64,000 bases of DNA from Octopus sinensis (lineage: Eukaryota): NCBI RefSeq assembly GCF_006345805.1, contig NC_043007.1, positions 31,062,001 to 31,126,000 on the forward strand, written 5' to 3'. The first letter of the stretch is position 1; each line of letters starts with the position of its first letter. The notes under the pieces are model-generated. The model did no database searches, was not told the origin of the DNA, and saw only the letters and a program-made list of their open reading frames with translations. Shown in pieces: positions 1 through 13,630 of this stretch. Both the position numbers and the translations under genes were made by a program.

Positions 1-310
1 TTAATCAATCATTACGTTCATTCTTCTTTGTTATACATATTAAGGTCAACAGGTGTAGTTTTCTGAAATTCTTTTCTGGTTTCATGGGACTTTTTCATTG
101 CAGTTCTGCAATCTATTGAGGCATTAGTACAGTATCCTTCATCATACGGCAAAGCATTGTATATATCCATCTACCCTGAAGTCTCTATTATGTGCTGTAA
201 GTGTACTGTGCATTGTAAGGCAGAGCTACGTACAATTGTTAAAGTATTGTCGTTTGTGTTCTGACTTTTATGTTCTGCAGCTGAATTCTCTTCTAAGACC
301 GGCTTTGCTT
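1..310 (-). mobile_element. Degraded Penelope-like RT C-terminal fragment (tentative)
   Basis: Translation (PVLEENSAA...IVRSSALQCTVHLQHIIE...N.LP) loosely follows PLE thumb-domain spacing and contains stops. Confidence 0.3.
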
Positions 311-468
311 TTAATCTCATGGGTTGATAACAAGATTTAATCTCATGGGTTGATAACAAGATTTAATCTCATGGGTTGATAACAAGATTTAATCTCATGG
401 GTTGATAACAAGATTTAATCTCATGGGTTGATAACAAGATTTAATCTCATGGGTTGATAGCAAAATTT
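311..468. repeat. 26-bp tandem repeat, 5 perfect copies plus 1 degenerate
   Basis: Unit ttaatctcatgggttgataacaagat, head-to-tail with no spacers. Confidence 0.95.
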
Positions 469-2322
469 CCAGAAAGCTATACCAGTCACTGGACTGAACA
501 TCACTACAGAGTACCAAACATCCCATCTTGTCCTTCCAGACTAAGGAGCCAATGCTGTAACAGCTTGGGCTTCAAAAGCCCACAACTTTTCAAGACCTTG
601 CCAAAAAGCTTCAGAGATATATGAGGAGTAGATGTGTATGCACTAGTGTGGCCAGAGTTTGTGCCACCTGGGGTGGCCCTTCATTCTGTCATCTCTGGGC
701 CCCCACAAAGAATGCATATTACCTACAGGAGACCCAAAAGTGGTCCTGGCCCCATAAGAGTGCCACACGGGGCAGACTGCCCCTCCCCCCTCCTCTGGCT
801 ATGCTAGTATGTGAATGTGCTCAAAGAACAATTAGACAAATCTTCAACTGAGATACCAGATGAACCCTCATCACAGCAAGAAATGCAAAGAAGGGCGGCT
901 TTGTCTAACTCACTACTTTGCCAGGACTGATTCTAGAGATGGTCAGAAAACGAGTCTAAGATAAACCAGCAAATGGCAGTGCCCCAGCATGGCCACAGTT
1001 TTTGGCTGAAACCAATAAAAGAATTCCAGTCAAGTACTAGTGTCAATTTAATCAAATACAAATTGAGAGCTGGAGTTCCTAAGATAGCCAAACATTGTCT
1101 TCAACTTGGTTCAGGCAATTCCCTCGTAGACACCTTGTTACATGGTCAATTGTTAATCTTCCACACATCCTTTCCCCGGTCAGTACCTTGGAAAGAACTA
1201 TCCACTGCCCACCTCACTGTATTCTTCCAACATAGACTGAAGCAAGACTTTCCAGGTGTAAGTCTGGGGTCTCACAAGACAATCAGATGCCAAAGGAGAA
1301 GAACTACCATTGCAAACACAATACCTTCACCAGGGATCCAGTTCAGTACTAGAGATGGAATGCAAACTGTTGACCCTCCTCTTCAATACATTGTCATTTT
1401 ACTATATATTTCTTTATTGCCCACAAGGGGCTAAGCACAGAGGGGACAAACAAGACAGACAAACGGATTAAATCGATTACATCGACCCCAGTGCGAAACT
1501 GGTACTTTATTTATCAACCCTGAAAGGATGAAAGGCAAAGTCGACCTCGGTGGAATTTGAACTCAGAACGTAACGACAGACGAAACACTGCTAAGCATTT
1601 CGCCACCGTCACTTTACTAATATATTGACTACTCTCTCATTCTATCAATGTCCTCGCCTGCTATCCTTATAGAAGTTGAAATCTTTCCAAATCTCTCCAT
1701 CTTAACAGTATTAAGTCACTTTGGAAGTGATAGGGAAAGATGTCTTACAGTTAGCTGGATGTACTGAAGCAGATCAACCAGTTAACATCAAAGATTGCTC
1801 TGGAAAAGTTGTGATAGTGGAGAGATCTTGTCTGTTTTATCTGTCACTTGTGTCAGTCATTGGACTGCGGCCACGCTGAGGTTCTGTCTGGAAGGGTTTT
1901 ACTCAAACAAATCCACCCCAACACCCAGTACTGGTACTTATTCTATCAGTCTCTTTTGTTGAACTGCTATTTTAGAGGAACATAAACAAACCAACACCAA
2001 TTGCCAAACAGTGCAGTGGGCAAACACAAAGACATATTCACTCACATGCACACACACATAAACCGAATTTATCCCTCCACCAATTTTATTCAGTGGTGTC
2101 GGTAGAGGAGGGGGGGATGTTCATTTTTTTTTACTTGTTCGAGGCAATTGACTTCACATCTTTGGTTGATTTCCGATAAAATATGTCCTCAGTGAGCAAG
2201 AAATAAATTTTTCCTGGAATCATTTTCTTTTTCTTTCTGAAAAGCTTGATTTTTTTTTTCATATTTGTTTTTTTTTTTGTTGTTTTTGCAAAGATTTATC
2301 TAAATTCATTTCCTTTTTCCAG

Positions 2323-2373
2323 TCGCCAGATTCTTATACCAGCTCTCGGCTGGAACATCGAAGAATGAAATAT
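2323..2373 (+). CDS. KIF16B: KIF16B-like kinesin-3, internal coding exon (SPDSYTSSRLEHRRMKY); upstream exons lie outside the window
   Basis: Acceptor tttcctttttccAG, donor GTaagt, 51 nt open in phase 0, joins the next exon in frame. HRRMKY resembles vertebrate KIF16B QRKLKYE just before the PX domain (recalled). Confidence 0.7.
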
Positions 2374-3601
2374 GTAAGTGGCTTGCATGAACATATTTTT
2401 TCGTCTGTTTCGGCACTTCTCTGCTGCAAGCTTAATTTTAGATATTTCTACGTCTCTGTTAACGAGCTGTTTGCTTTGCCACTGTCAAATCCTGCCTGAG
2501 CCAAATTATGTCATAGAAAGAGCAAGTCAAACACTTCAAAGCAACACAACACAACAGCACAAACCATTTTTGTGTCTTACCTATTGCATGGTGTTGCATG
2601 GTGTTGCATGGTATTGCATGGTGTTGCATGGTGCATCCGCTTTACTTAGATATGCAGCTTGCATTCTTACAGCCAATAATTTAGTTTGTGTTGGAAGTGG
2701 ATGAAGAAGCTGGAACTGGTCAATGCCTCGTAGTCCTGATTTCTTCAGATTTGTTAAAAAAATATCATTGACTCGGCTTAATTAGCTCTAAAAAGTAAAT
2801 TGGTTTCACAGCTGTTTTAGTGCATGTACATATTTCATAATTATGTGAATCAGACTGGCTATTTTGACCCGTGATTCGCTCGGGTTTTGGTGGTGGTGGT
2901 GTTTTGCGCAAATCTAAAAAATAGGGCAAAAATGTACTCTTTTTAAAAGTTGAAAAATTTTACCCCCTTTTCCAAAATCCCCCAAATTTTTACACCCACA
3001 ATTAAAGATAACCGCCTCTAGCCCCTGCAGCAACACGAAAAGCCACCATTATTCAAACAGCGCAACCTGTCTATCCCATAAAACTCAATTTTTCCCATAT
3101 TCCTCACCGTGGCAACCAAACGGTAGCCCCAAGCGACTTGCAACCCTCCTCACACCATTACCCACCCCATTTTACCCCCCAGTGTAAATTTTGGTGCCAA
3201 ACCAACCCCATCAATGAGACAAATAACCAAGAAATCAAACAACTTTTTCGCATTTCAGCTTCATAGATATTGATACAGGAATGTTCTGTTGCATTGTTTA
3301 ACAATACACAAAAATATTACAATAAGTCCCTAATGTGCTGGTCTTGTATTTGTAGGAACTGCATGAGTTTGAACACACAACACCTATGAAATGACACTAG
3401 TTGCATATTTGATGTTGTTGACTCACAACTCAGCCCTCGCCAAGCTTTTGATCCAAAACATTTTAGCCCTGAGCAGCCCAAATTTATTTCTGGCACTCTG
3501 GACTACATTAGCTTTTTTTTTCTTTGTATATTTAGGTTTACAGGGTGAGTCAAAAGTAGTCCCTTGTTTCTAGGAAGTTGTGCCTTTGTTGTTTTGCAGG
3601 A

Positions 3602-4004
3602 TAGGCGCAGGAGTGGCTGTGTGGTAAGTAGCTTGCTAACCAACCACATGGTTCCAGGTTCAGTCCCACTGCGTGGCATCTTGGGCAAGTGTCTTCTGCT
3701 ATAGCCCCGGGCCGACCAATGCCTTGTGAGTGGATTTGGTAGACGGAAACTGAAAGAAGCCTGTCGTATATATGTATATATATGTATGTGTGTGTGTGTG
3801 TCTGTGTTTGTCCTCCTAGCATTGCTTGACAACCGACGCTGGTGTGTTTACGTCCCCGTCACTTAGCGGTTCGGCAAAAGAAACTGATAGAATAAGTACT
3901 GGGCTTACAAAGAATAAGTCCTGGGGTCGATTTGCTCGACTAAAGGCGGTGCTCCAGCATGGCCGCAGTCAAAATGACTGAAACAAATAAAAGAGTAAAA
4001 GAGT
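3602..4004 (+). mobile_element. tRNA-derived SINE family 1 (about 390 bp, AAAAGAGT tail), near-intact copy
   Basis: A-box TGGCTGTGTGG, B-box GGTTCAGTCCC, internal (TA)/(TG) tract, tandem tail. Near-identical copies at 44090-44518 and 47434-47832 (+). Confidence 0.9.
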
Positions 4005-4105
4005 ACTACTGACAGTTTTTGAAAGTTACCAAATCTGGATCATGCATCATGGTGTTAATACTCTTTGATACCCCAATCTATAAAACAAGAGCTAAATGCC
4101 AAAAC

Positions 4106-4238
4106 TACAGGGTCATTCAAAAGTTGCCATACATAAGAACAATTTTATTTTTTAGAAGAAACAGTTTTCTTTCATTTAACTGTTTCTTATAAAAAAATAA
4201 TCTTTTCCTATATATCATGACTTTTGAATCACACTGTA
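4106..4238. mobile_element. Tc1/mariner-type MITE
   Basis: TA-CAGGGTCATTCAAAAGT ... ACTTTTGAATCACACTG-TA terminal inverted repeats. Confidence 0.75.
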
Positions 4239-4309
4239 TATCCCAATTGGGAGTTCAGACATATCAACTCTAAGGCAGGAATTGAGTGCTACTTTTGATT
4301 CATCCTGTA

Positions 4310-4590
4310 TTAGGTGGTCTTTGTGTATCATCTCTTGTGAAAGGTAGAAGAGTCCAGTTTGCTGGACATTGTTGTAGAGCTGAAAACGAGGTAATTTCTA
4401 CTCTTCTCTTCTGGAAGCCATCTGCTCGCGATACCAGAGGGCGCACACTCTCCTACCCTGATGTAATCTCCAGGGTTATAGGCATCCAGCAACAGGACCT
4501 CCGTAATGCTATGATGGACCGTGAGGTCTGGCGTAACATAGTAAATTCCATTGTCTCGACAACGGTCGAACAATGATGATGGTCTTTGTG
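4310..4590 (+). mobile_element. RTE-type LINE 3' end
   Basis: ORF 4286-4576 ends ...FAGHCCRA...LLFWKP...RGRTLSYPDVI...AMMDREVWR, followed by a (TGA)n tail. Confidence 0.75.
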
Positions 4591-6301
4591 TATTAAGTAT
4601 TTTGAGCTTATTGCAGAGTTATTGAGAAAGATGTGTGTGTGTGTGTAGTCTGTTTGGGATGCAGCAAAAATGTTTCTTCTTTTAGTTTGAATTGTTGAGG
4701 GATATGCCAAAGAAATTAGGGATCTGTTCCTCTGTATATTTGTGTCCATATTTTCTTGCTATGTGGGTTTTGTTGCTACCAGGTGTCATTTGCCAGACAA
4801 GCACAATTCCCATTTTTGTTCTCTCGTTTTTGGTGAAACTCAAGATTTTGTCTCTAGTCCACAGTTCAGCAAAATAGTCAACATTGACCCCGCTCAGGGC
4901 CTAATTGGCTAGCCAAGTGGTTGATAAACACCTGAAATGGTTTTGGGTATTAAGGGTACTGCTGAATTTTTGTTCTCTTTTTTTTTATATCAGTTTTATT
5001 AAATATTTACATTGAATTTCTTTAAAATATTTCTTACTAAAAGCAGAAATGACACAAAAGAACTAAGAAATTATTGTGTTTAAATCAAGAATTTTTATAT
5101 TAATTACACTTTTTAATTTTAGAAATTTACATGATGGGGTCGATAATCTATCAAGGATTCCATGAAAGGGTTAATAATATAAGAAGTTTGTTGTCCTCTG
5201 CTCTCATTTCTATAATTCCAATATTTTCAGACATAATCTATTTCTTTACTACCCACAAGGGGCTAAGCACAGAGAGGACAAACAAGGACAGACAAATGGA
5301 TTAAGTCGATTATATCGACCCCAGTGCGTAACTGGTACTTATTTAATCAATCCTGAAAGGATGAAAGGTAAAGTCGACCTCGGCGGAATTTGAACTCAGA
5401 ACGTAACGGCAGACGAAATACGACTACACATTTCGCCCGGCGTGCTAACATCTCTGCCAGCTCGCTGCTTTTCAGACATAAACTATTGGCTGATTGTGTT
5501 GACCTTTTTAAAGCCAACCTGTCTGAGAGCCTTCTTGGTTTTATGATATAAATGCCTTGTTTTAAAGTGATATAAATTAAACCCTTCCTTCAAAACTTAA
5601 TGTTAATTTATGTTAATTTATGTTTGCTTAATAATAAGAAATCTACTTGATCAAATTCTTTATTTTCAAAATTAATCGAATCAAACGCAGTTTATTTCTA
5701 CAGAAATATAATGAAAAAGTTGAAGTCTCTTGAGGGAAACATACCAAATAGTCTGTTCTGTTTTGGTTGACAAATCTGTCTGGCTGTAAATAAAACTAGT
5801 CTACCTTGGCAGATGAGTTGATCTCCATTTCCAGGAAATACAATAGACACCGGCATGGCTGTGTGGTTAAGATGCTTGCTTTCTATCATTTGGTTCTAGG
5901 TTCAGTCCCACAGCATGTCACCTTGGGCAAATGGCTTTTACTATAATCCCAGGCCAACCAAAGCCTTGTGAATGGATTTGGTAGACGGAAACTGAAAGAA
6001 GCCTGTCTCATACACACACATACCCCACACGTGTGTGTGAGTGTGTGAGATGGTGTCTCCTTGTCTTGACATCATGTGATTGTTGTAAGTGTTGTTGTCA
6101 CACAAGCAGTATCCTTCATTTCTAATCTTCCGTGGAAACATCTCCAGTCATGGGAAAATATTGCCTCACTTGGAAACAGGCGAGGGTTCGTGGCAGGAAG
6201 GGCTGTCGAAAATCTGCCTCAACATAATCTGTTAAATATGGAAAGTAGACGTTAAAACGATGATAATTATGATGATGATGATGATGATGGTGAAGATCTC
6301 T

Positions 6302-6530
6302 TTAACCGTTTAGTGTTCACATTATTCTGCCAAAATTAATGCTTTTTCCTCCATACTGTTTTGAACTAATCAGGCATTATCTTGTAGCTTTGAGCTTTTG
6401 ATGAGGTAGCTGTTAATTTTTAAAACAATATTGTAGGGTTGGTATGAGGGACCAGATCTGGTCAGTTTGAACATAAAACAGGCAGAATATTTTTGGTCGG
6501 ATTTGGCCGGTTTAAATGCTAAAGGGTTAA
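6302..6530. mobile_element. piggyBac-like MITE
   Basis: TTAA-CCGTTTAG ... CTAAAGGG-TTAA. Related copy at 55543-55724. Confidence 0.7.
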
Positions 6531-7656
6531 TGGTGAGTGAAGCAACTGTGTAATCTGTTGTTGATTGAGAGGTTAGCAGACAGTGAAGTATGCATGAAAT
6601 GTTTTGGAGTCACAAAAGACTCTGTGAAAGAAACAGCACAATAAGCTCCGTGTGTATTGAGGTAGAGGTTGTTGTGCAGGTCATGTCAAGCTTGAAACAA
6701 TCTGAAGTTACGTAGTTGGTTGTGGGGGTGGGGTTGTTGTTTAGTCTTAGATCATCTGCATTTAAAATGTCATATGGTGAAAGGTATTCCAGCCACGCCC
6801 TTCCCAGTTATTTTCCAGATATTAAACACCCATGAACACAATATGTAGTGTATTCTGGTGCCACATTTAAAGTGCCCATGCCAGTGTCAAGTAAAAGTGC
6901 ACCTGGTACACACTGTGAAGTGGTTGGCATTAGGAAGGGCATCCAGCCATTAGAAACCATACCAAAACAGAGGACTGGTGCCTGGTGCAATCCTCTGGCT
7001 TGCCCGCTCCTGTTAAACTGTCCAACCCATGCCAGCATGGAAAATGGATGTTAAATGATGATGATTCTTATTTTTAAGACAGCAGTGTATAAGAAGTGAG
7101 ATCTTTTGCTGTCATTGGGAGTACGTTGAGCTGTGATAATGCGGCTTCTCTTTGTTTAATCTGTTGCCTATTGAGAGGTTACCAGACAATAAAGTATACC
7201 CTAAATGTTTAGGAGCAGTTAGTCACAAAGGACTCTGTGCAATAAACACCACAATAAGCTTGGGTGGATCGACAAACCATAGACATATTCTATTATCTTT
7301 GTAACCTACTGTGATCATTATTCCTGTCGTTCAGCTGAAGTCAGAACTGATTCACCTAGGATCAAATATGCATCATGTTGCTACAGTTTGTACCACCCAG
7401 GGTAGTTATGATTCATGAGGGCAGACCATCCGTCTCAGGTATGCAAGTGCAAAGGTATTCCAGCTGTAACTGTTCTGATGTTATTGCTTTTGCATACTTT
7501 TTTCTATCTTTTACTTGATTCAGTCATTAGACTGCAACCATTATGAAGAATTTTTAGTTGAGTGAATCAACCCCAGTGATTATTCTTTTCCCAAAACTCT
7601 AAGTTACAGAGATGTAAGTACACGAACACTGGTTGTCTAACAGTGGTAGGGGCCAA

Positions 7657-7711
<55 letters not shown>

Positions 7712-8738
7712 CTTCTTTACTCTAGGCACAAGGCCCGAAGTTTTTTGGAGGGAAGGGGCCAGTCGATTAGATCGACTCCAGTACACAACTGGTACTTAAT
7801 TTATCGACACCAAAAGGATGAAAGGCAAAGTCGACCTCAGCAGAATTTGAACACAGAATGTAAAAACGGCCGAAATATTGCTAAACATTTTGCTTGGTGT
7901 GCTAACGATTCTAGCAGCTTGCTGCCTTAGACACACACACACACATTTTGGCTGTAGAAATGCCTCAGCTGATAGCTAGAGTCTGGACAGCTCGCTGCTA
8001 ACCAGCTCCAAGTCCAACTGTCCAACTCATGCCACCATGGAAAGCAGACATTAAACGATGATGATGATATATATAGGCACAGGAGTGGCTGTGTGGTAAG
8101 AAGCTTGCTTCCCAACCACATGGTTCCGAGTTCAGTCCCACTGCTTGGCACCTTGGGCAAGTGTCTTCTACTATAGCCTCGGGCCGACCAAAGCCTTGTG
8201 AGTGGATTTCATAGATGGAAACTAAAAGAAGCCCATCATGTGTGTGTGTGTGTATGTATTTGTGTGTCTGTGTTTGTCCCCCCACCATCACTTGACAACC
8301 GCTGTTAGTGTGTTTATGTCCCTGTAACTTAGCACTTCCGCAAAAAAGACCGATAGAATAAGTACTAGGCTTTCAAAGAATTAGTCCTGGGGTGGGATTT
8401 TTGACTAAAGGTGGTGCTCCAGCATGGCCATAGTCATATTGACTGAAACAAGTAAAGAAAAAAGGTATATTAATATATGACAGGCTTCTTTCAGTTTCTA
8501 TCTACAAAATCCACTCCAAGGCTTCGGTCAACCCAAGGCTCTACTTGAAGACACTTACTCAGGTGTCATATAGTGGAACTGAACCCAGAACCATGTGGTT
8601 GGGAAACAAACTTCTTACCACACAGCCACGCCTGTCGATTTAGAATTATATTCTTCAATGTGTCCTTTTCTTTATGCTTTTAATGGTAATTTGACAGCTA
8701 TTTTCAGCAAGTTGATCAATCACACACTCACACACACA

Positions 8739-8773
<35 letters not shown>

Positions 8774-9659
8774 TCATTGGCTCCATAAAGAGTAGAGTGT
8801 TTCATTGAGAATGTACAGTGACTGAAGCATGTGTGAAATACATCTTATGATAGTAAGACATTGAGGCATGTCTGTTGAGTGTGGAAGATCTGTGGAAGCT
8901 GGAGATAAACGAGATGAGTGAGGTATATTGATCCTGAAGAGTGAAGGCACACGACCTAGTAGTTAGAGAGTTGCACTCATGATCATAAGACTGTGGTTTC
9001 AATTCCCATGCTGGTCAGTGCATTGTGTCCTTGAGCAAAATACTTCATTTCACGCTGCTCCAGTCCATTCAGCTGTAAGTGAGTAACCCAGCAATGGTTG
9101 GGAAGCTAACTCTGCAGTGGACTAGCTTCCTATCCAGTGGGGAGTGTTGTGATCTCAGTCACTTATATGCCATAGAAACTGTGTTAAGCTCTAGTCGTAT
9201 GTGTCCTGGGGCTCATGACAGGCATAAGCCTATTCATATGAAGGGAAAAGGTCATTTTGTACTTGTTGTTATTTAGCTCGGGTTGAACAGACCCATGATT
9301 AAACCATTCCAGCCATGATCCTCCTATCTTTTTGGTTGCCAAAGATTATTATTTTGTTTGGTGTGGTCTTCTTTATTTAGTACTATAAGATATGATTTTA
9401 GGGAGATTTGACTGCTATCTCTAACATGTTCAGCAACTGCCACAGATTCCCTTCTTTTTTTTGTTGTTGTTGTTGTCAGTGTGTTTAGCAAAATATGTCT
9501 AAAGTAGTATTTCCCTAACAGACCAATGACAAGAAAGTGACCAGTTCAAATATACTCTTGTTGTTGTGGTGGTGGTGGTGGTGGTGGTGGTGGTTGTGGT
9601 GGTGATGGCTGTTGTTGTTGTTGTTAACTTCTGCTTTAAAAGTAAAACTGGCTTTGTAT

Positions 9660-10250
9660 CACTTGGTGACAGACTTCCAAAACGTCTGAAGCCGAATGTT
9701 TACAACTGTTCATCATTATCTGGTTGAGCTTGCTCAGACATTTTTAGCCCTCACATATCATCCACCTCAGTCCTGCATTTGTTGAGGGGGAGTCTTCAGG
9801 GAGGCGTCCAGTGACTCTGGTGAATTGATCTACATCCATTGTGTTCGGACAGCCTACTTGAGCATGGATGGAAGCACTCCGTCAGTTACGACGATGAGGG
9901 TTCCGGTTGATCCGAATCAACGGAACAGCCTGCTCGTGAAATTAACGTGTAAGTGGCTGAGCACTCCACAGACACGTGTACCCTTAACGTAGTTCTCTGG
10001 GATATTCAGCGTGACACAGAGAGTGACAAGGCCGGCCCTTTGAAATACAGGTACAACAGAAACAGGAAGTAAGAGTGAGAGAAAGTTGTGGTGAAAGAGT
10101 ACAGCAGGGATCACCACCATCCCCTGCCAGAGCCTCATGGATGTGTATTCGCTCAATAAACACTCACAACGCCCGGTCTGGGAATCGAAACCGCGATACT
10201 ATGACCGCGAGTCCGCTGCCCTAATCACTGGGCCATTGCGCCTCCACACT
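9660..10250 (-). mobile_element. Interspersed SINE/LINE-tail repeat, CpG-rich (young)
   Basis: tRNA-like head on the minus strand near 10250 (B-box GGTTTCGATTCCC). Fragments recur at 8900-9270, 18390-18630, 41060-41130 and 56300-56520. Confidence 0.6.
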
Positions 10251-10483
10251 TGAGCATAGCCATGATTTGGTACCCGTAGCCATAGATCACTTGTTTAGCT
10301 CTTGACCAGCAACGTCCTGCAAAGTGCCTCTACCTTATAATAGTAGAAACAGGCAAGAGATCTTCACACTCCTATTTCTTGGGATGAGTTCTCCAAGATA
10401 TGTTTAAGACTGCTCTTAACATCTGGGTGTAAGTTCCATCCAAGTGGGACCCCAGTTTTTCGGTAAACATCCAAAATGATATA

Positions 10484-11020
10484 TAATAATAATAATAATA
10501 ATTATAATTGTGTACAGTGCTCAGGTGCACTACAACTCATCTAAAGTGTATATATAATCAGGTGTAGTTTCGACGGATTTCGGAAAGCATGAGGGCCTTA
10601 AAGGATGCAGTGTCATGGCAGTCAACAACTGATGCAGGCAGTTTATTCCACGCTTCAGCAACCCTGAGCGTGAAAAAATGTTTCCGAAAGTCATGGGAGC
10701 TGTATTGTTTTCTGACTTTGTAGGCTGTCCACGTGTGTTAGACACATGGAGATCAAAAAGGTGTTCAGTGTTGTTGTTGGTGAGGTGGTTGATAACTTTG
10801 TGGGTGTTTACCAAGTCCGTCGCCAAACGCCGGAGCTTCAGTGAATCCATGCCCAGGGAAACAAGGCGCTCAGAATATGGTAGGTGTCTGATGGAGGGTA
10901 TGCGTTTGGTTGCACGTCTCTGGACAGATTCCAGGAGGTCAATGTTCTGTGCAAGATAGGGGTTCCAAACTGATGATGCGAATTCCAAGTGTGGTCGTAA
11001 ACCAAAACAGCTAAAAGGTG
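10484..11020 (-). mobile_element. CR1/L2-clade LINE, 5'-truncated RT C-terminus
   Basis: ORF 10530-11042: RPHLEFASSVWNPYL...LESVQRRATKRIP...YSERL..LG..SL..RR...DL, followed by an (ATT)n tail. Confidence 0.9.
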
Positions 11021-11367
11021 TGTCTGTATCAATTATAGACATTAAAATGGAAGCTTATGTAGAGTCAGTTTAATAGCCATTCTTGTACTTAATTAATTAA
11101 TTAATTATGGGTGGTTCCATAAAGACTGCTCAAGGAGGCACTTACATATGGAATAGCTGGAAGGATATATGTATTATCTATTAATTTTAAGCCATGAATC
11201 AGAAGTGGGATATTGTGATAATGGTAATACATAGACGTATTTAAACAAAAATTATAAAATCTGATATATAAAAAAAATATAAATACTTGAGCTGTGCAGA
11301 TAATACCAGACTGACTTGGTGCTTCAACTTAAGTACCTAATTCAACTGAATCTTAATTATTTGTGTG

Positions 11368-11399
<32 letters not shown>

Positions 11400-12600
11400 C
11401 ATGTCTGTATGTATACATACATACCATACCATACCATACCATATCTCATACCATATCATATCTCATATCATATATCATATCATATCTCATATCATATCAT
11501 ATCTCATATCATTTAATGTCCATGGGTTGGACGGTTTGACCAGAGCTGGTAAGCTGAGGGGCTGCACCAGGCTCCAGTCTGATTTGGCATGGTTTCTAGG
11601 GCTGGATGCCCTTCTTAAAGCCAACCACTCTGAGAGTGTAATGGGTGCTTTTACATGCCACTGGCACGGGTGCCAGTTGTGTGACACCAGTATCTGCCAT
11701 GACTACGATTGTTAAAAATAGTTTATCCTTTATATTTGAAATCTATTTGGTCATCTGCAGCTGAAGAAGAGCAGTTTCTTTCAAATTGATGTAATGTTTC
11801 CATTAATCAATTAAATGGAACCACTTGAAACGGTTGTAATGTATTGACACCTGTACAGCTTTGTTACTTCTTTACATTTTCTCCACACACACACACACAC
11901 ACGCACACGCACATGCATGCATTACAAGCTTCTTTCAGTTTCTGCCTACCAAATCCACTCACAAGGTTTTGGTCAGTCCTGACCTATAGTAGGAGACACT
12001 TGCCTACCAACCCAAGGTGCCACGCAGTGGGACTAAACCCCAAACCTTGTGGTTGGGAAGCAAACCTCTTAACCACACAGCCATGTCACTGTATGCTCTC
12101 CTATTTGAAAACAGTAGGATGTGATTTTGAGGGATATTTGGTTGCTATTTCTTGAGTAGTTGAATAGTGTAGATTTTTCTTGTTTTTTTTTTTATTTTCA
12201 TCATCAGAAGCATTATTGATTTTTAAATATCTATTTCCCCCGGAGCATCACTAAAAGCTTTTTCTTTTCTCACACTAATGGCAATTTAATAACATTTTTA
12301 AGCTGCTTGTCTCAACTCTTCTAACACCATATTCAAACCAGAGTCAATTTTTTTCTCTCTTTCCGTAACTTTCTAGCTCCTGTAATTCATTAACATATCT
12401 ATCAACTAATTCAGCTTATTTACGTAATGTAACTGCTCTTATCTGCAACAATTGTCTCCGTTATCAGCAAAATGTTCTACAAAGTGTCCCTTTCGCTTAT
12501 CAACTCACATCTACTTCACAATTAGATGAAATAATGTCCCAGTTACCTAGGGTTACTCAAAGATCAGTTTTTCTCTCATTTATTTCATCTTAGGGATACC

Positions 12601-13002
12601 CTTTTACTCTTTTACTTGTTTCAGTCATTTGACTGTGGCCATGCTGGAGCACCGCCTTTAGTCGAGCAAATCAACCCCAGGACTTATTCATTGTAAGCCC
12701 AGTACTTATTCTATCGGTCTCTTTTGCCGAACCACTAAGTGACGGGGATGTAAACACACCAGCATCGGTTGTCAAGCAATGCTAGGGGGACAAACACAGA
12801 CACACAAACACACACACATACACATATATATACATACATATATACGACAGGCTTCTTTCAGTTTCCGTCTACCAAATCCACTCACAAGGCATTGGTCGAC
12901 CCGGGGCTATAGTAGGAGACACTTGCCCAAGATGCCACGCAGTGGTACTGAACCCGGAACCATGTGGTTGGTAAGCAAGCTACTTACCACACAGCCACTC
13001 CT
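12601..13002 (-). mobile_element. SINE family 1, full-length
   Basis: Reverse complement of 3602-4004. Other minus copies at 24628-25025, 39087-39478 and 42712-43010. Confidence 0.9.
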
Positions 13003-13399
13003 AAACTATTTCTACTGACATCCTTGTAGTACTAATAGCCTCCTGCATCCAACATAAGTGCCGAGTTCTAATTGTAGAGGGAACCTGTGGAAGGGGTCGA
13101 CCCAGAAAAACGGGGGATGTAGTGGTGAGAAAGGATCTTCGGATGCTGGGCCTCACTGAGGAAATGGGAAGGGACTGGGAGTTATGGTGATTTGCTGTAC
13201 TTGAGAAGATGCGTTGAGCCAAGTAAAATCATTCATGCATACAGGCTTGTCCTTTACGGGTGCTGGTGCCACATAAAATGCAGTCATGCCAGTGTTGCAT
13301 TAACACACCCATGCCAATAGCCCATAAGAAAGCACCCTGTACACTTGGCAAAGTGGTTGGCATTAGGAAGGGTATCCAGCCATAGAAACCATGCCACAA

Positions 13400-13630
13400 G
13401 GCGGCGAGCTGGCAGAATTATTAGCACGCCAGGCGAAATGCTTAGCGGTATTTCGTCTGCCATTACATTCTGAGTTCAAATTCCGCCATGGTCGACTTTG
13501 CCTTTCATCCTTTTAGGGTCGATAAATTAAGTACCAGTCACGCACTGGAGTCAATCTAATCGACTTAATCCGTTTGTCTGTCCTTGTTTGTCCCCTCTGT
13601 GTTTATCTCGTTGTGGGTAGTAAAGAAATA
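13400..13630 (+). mobile_element. tRNA-derived SINE family 2 (GGCGGCGAGCTGGCAG head, GTCGACTTTGCCTTTCATCC core)
   Basis: Many copies: 1395-1605(-), 5230-5470(-), 7730-7925(-), 14760-14940(+), 20274-20503(+), 21825-22056(+), 22410-22640(-), 41138-41553(+, two in tandem), 48450-48685(+), 56945-57150(-), 61965-62350(-), 63775-64000(-). Confidence 0.9.

Noticed and set aside
311-468. CRISPR-like array
   Set aside because: Units are contiguous with no spacers, and the context is eukaryotic.
973-1434. 153-aa ORF as a gene
   Set aside because: Starts and ends in SINE fragments; the middle looks like the antisense of a degraded LINE.
3602-3690. tRNA gene
   Set aside because: Has A and B boxes but no cloverleaf or acceptor stem; it is a SINE head repeated many times.
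6540-7270. Local duplication (about 6545-6660 and 7150-7270)
   Set aside because: About 120 bp, diverged and non-coding; most likely two fragments of an old repeat.
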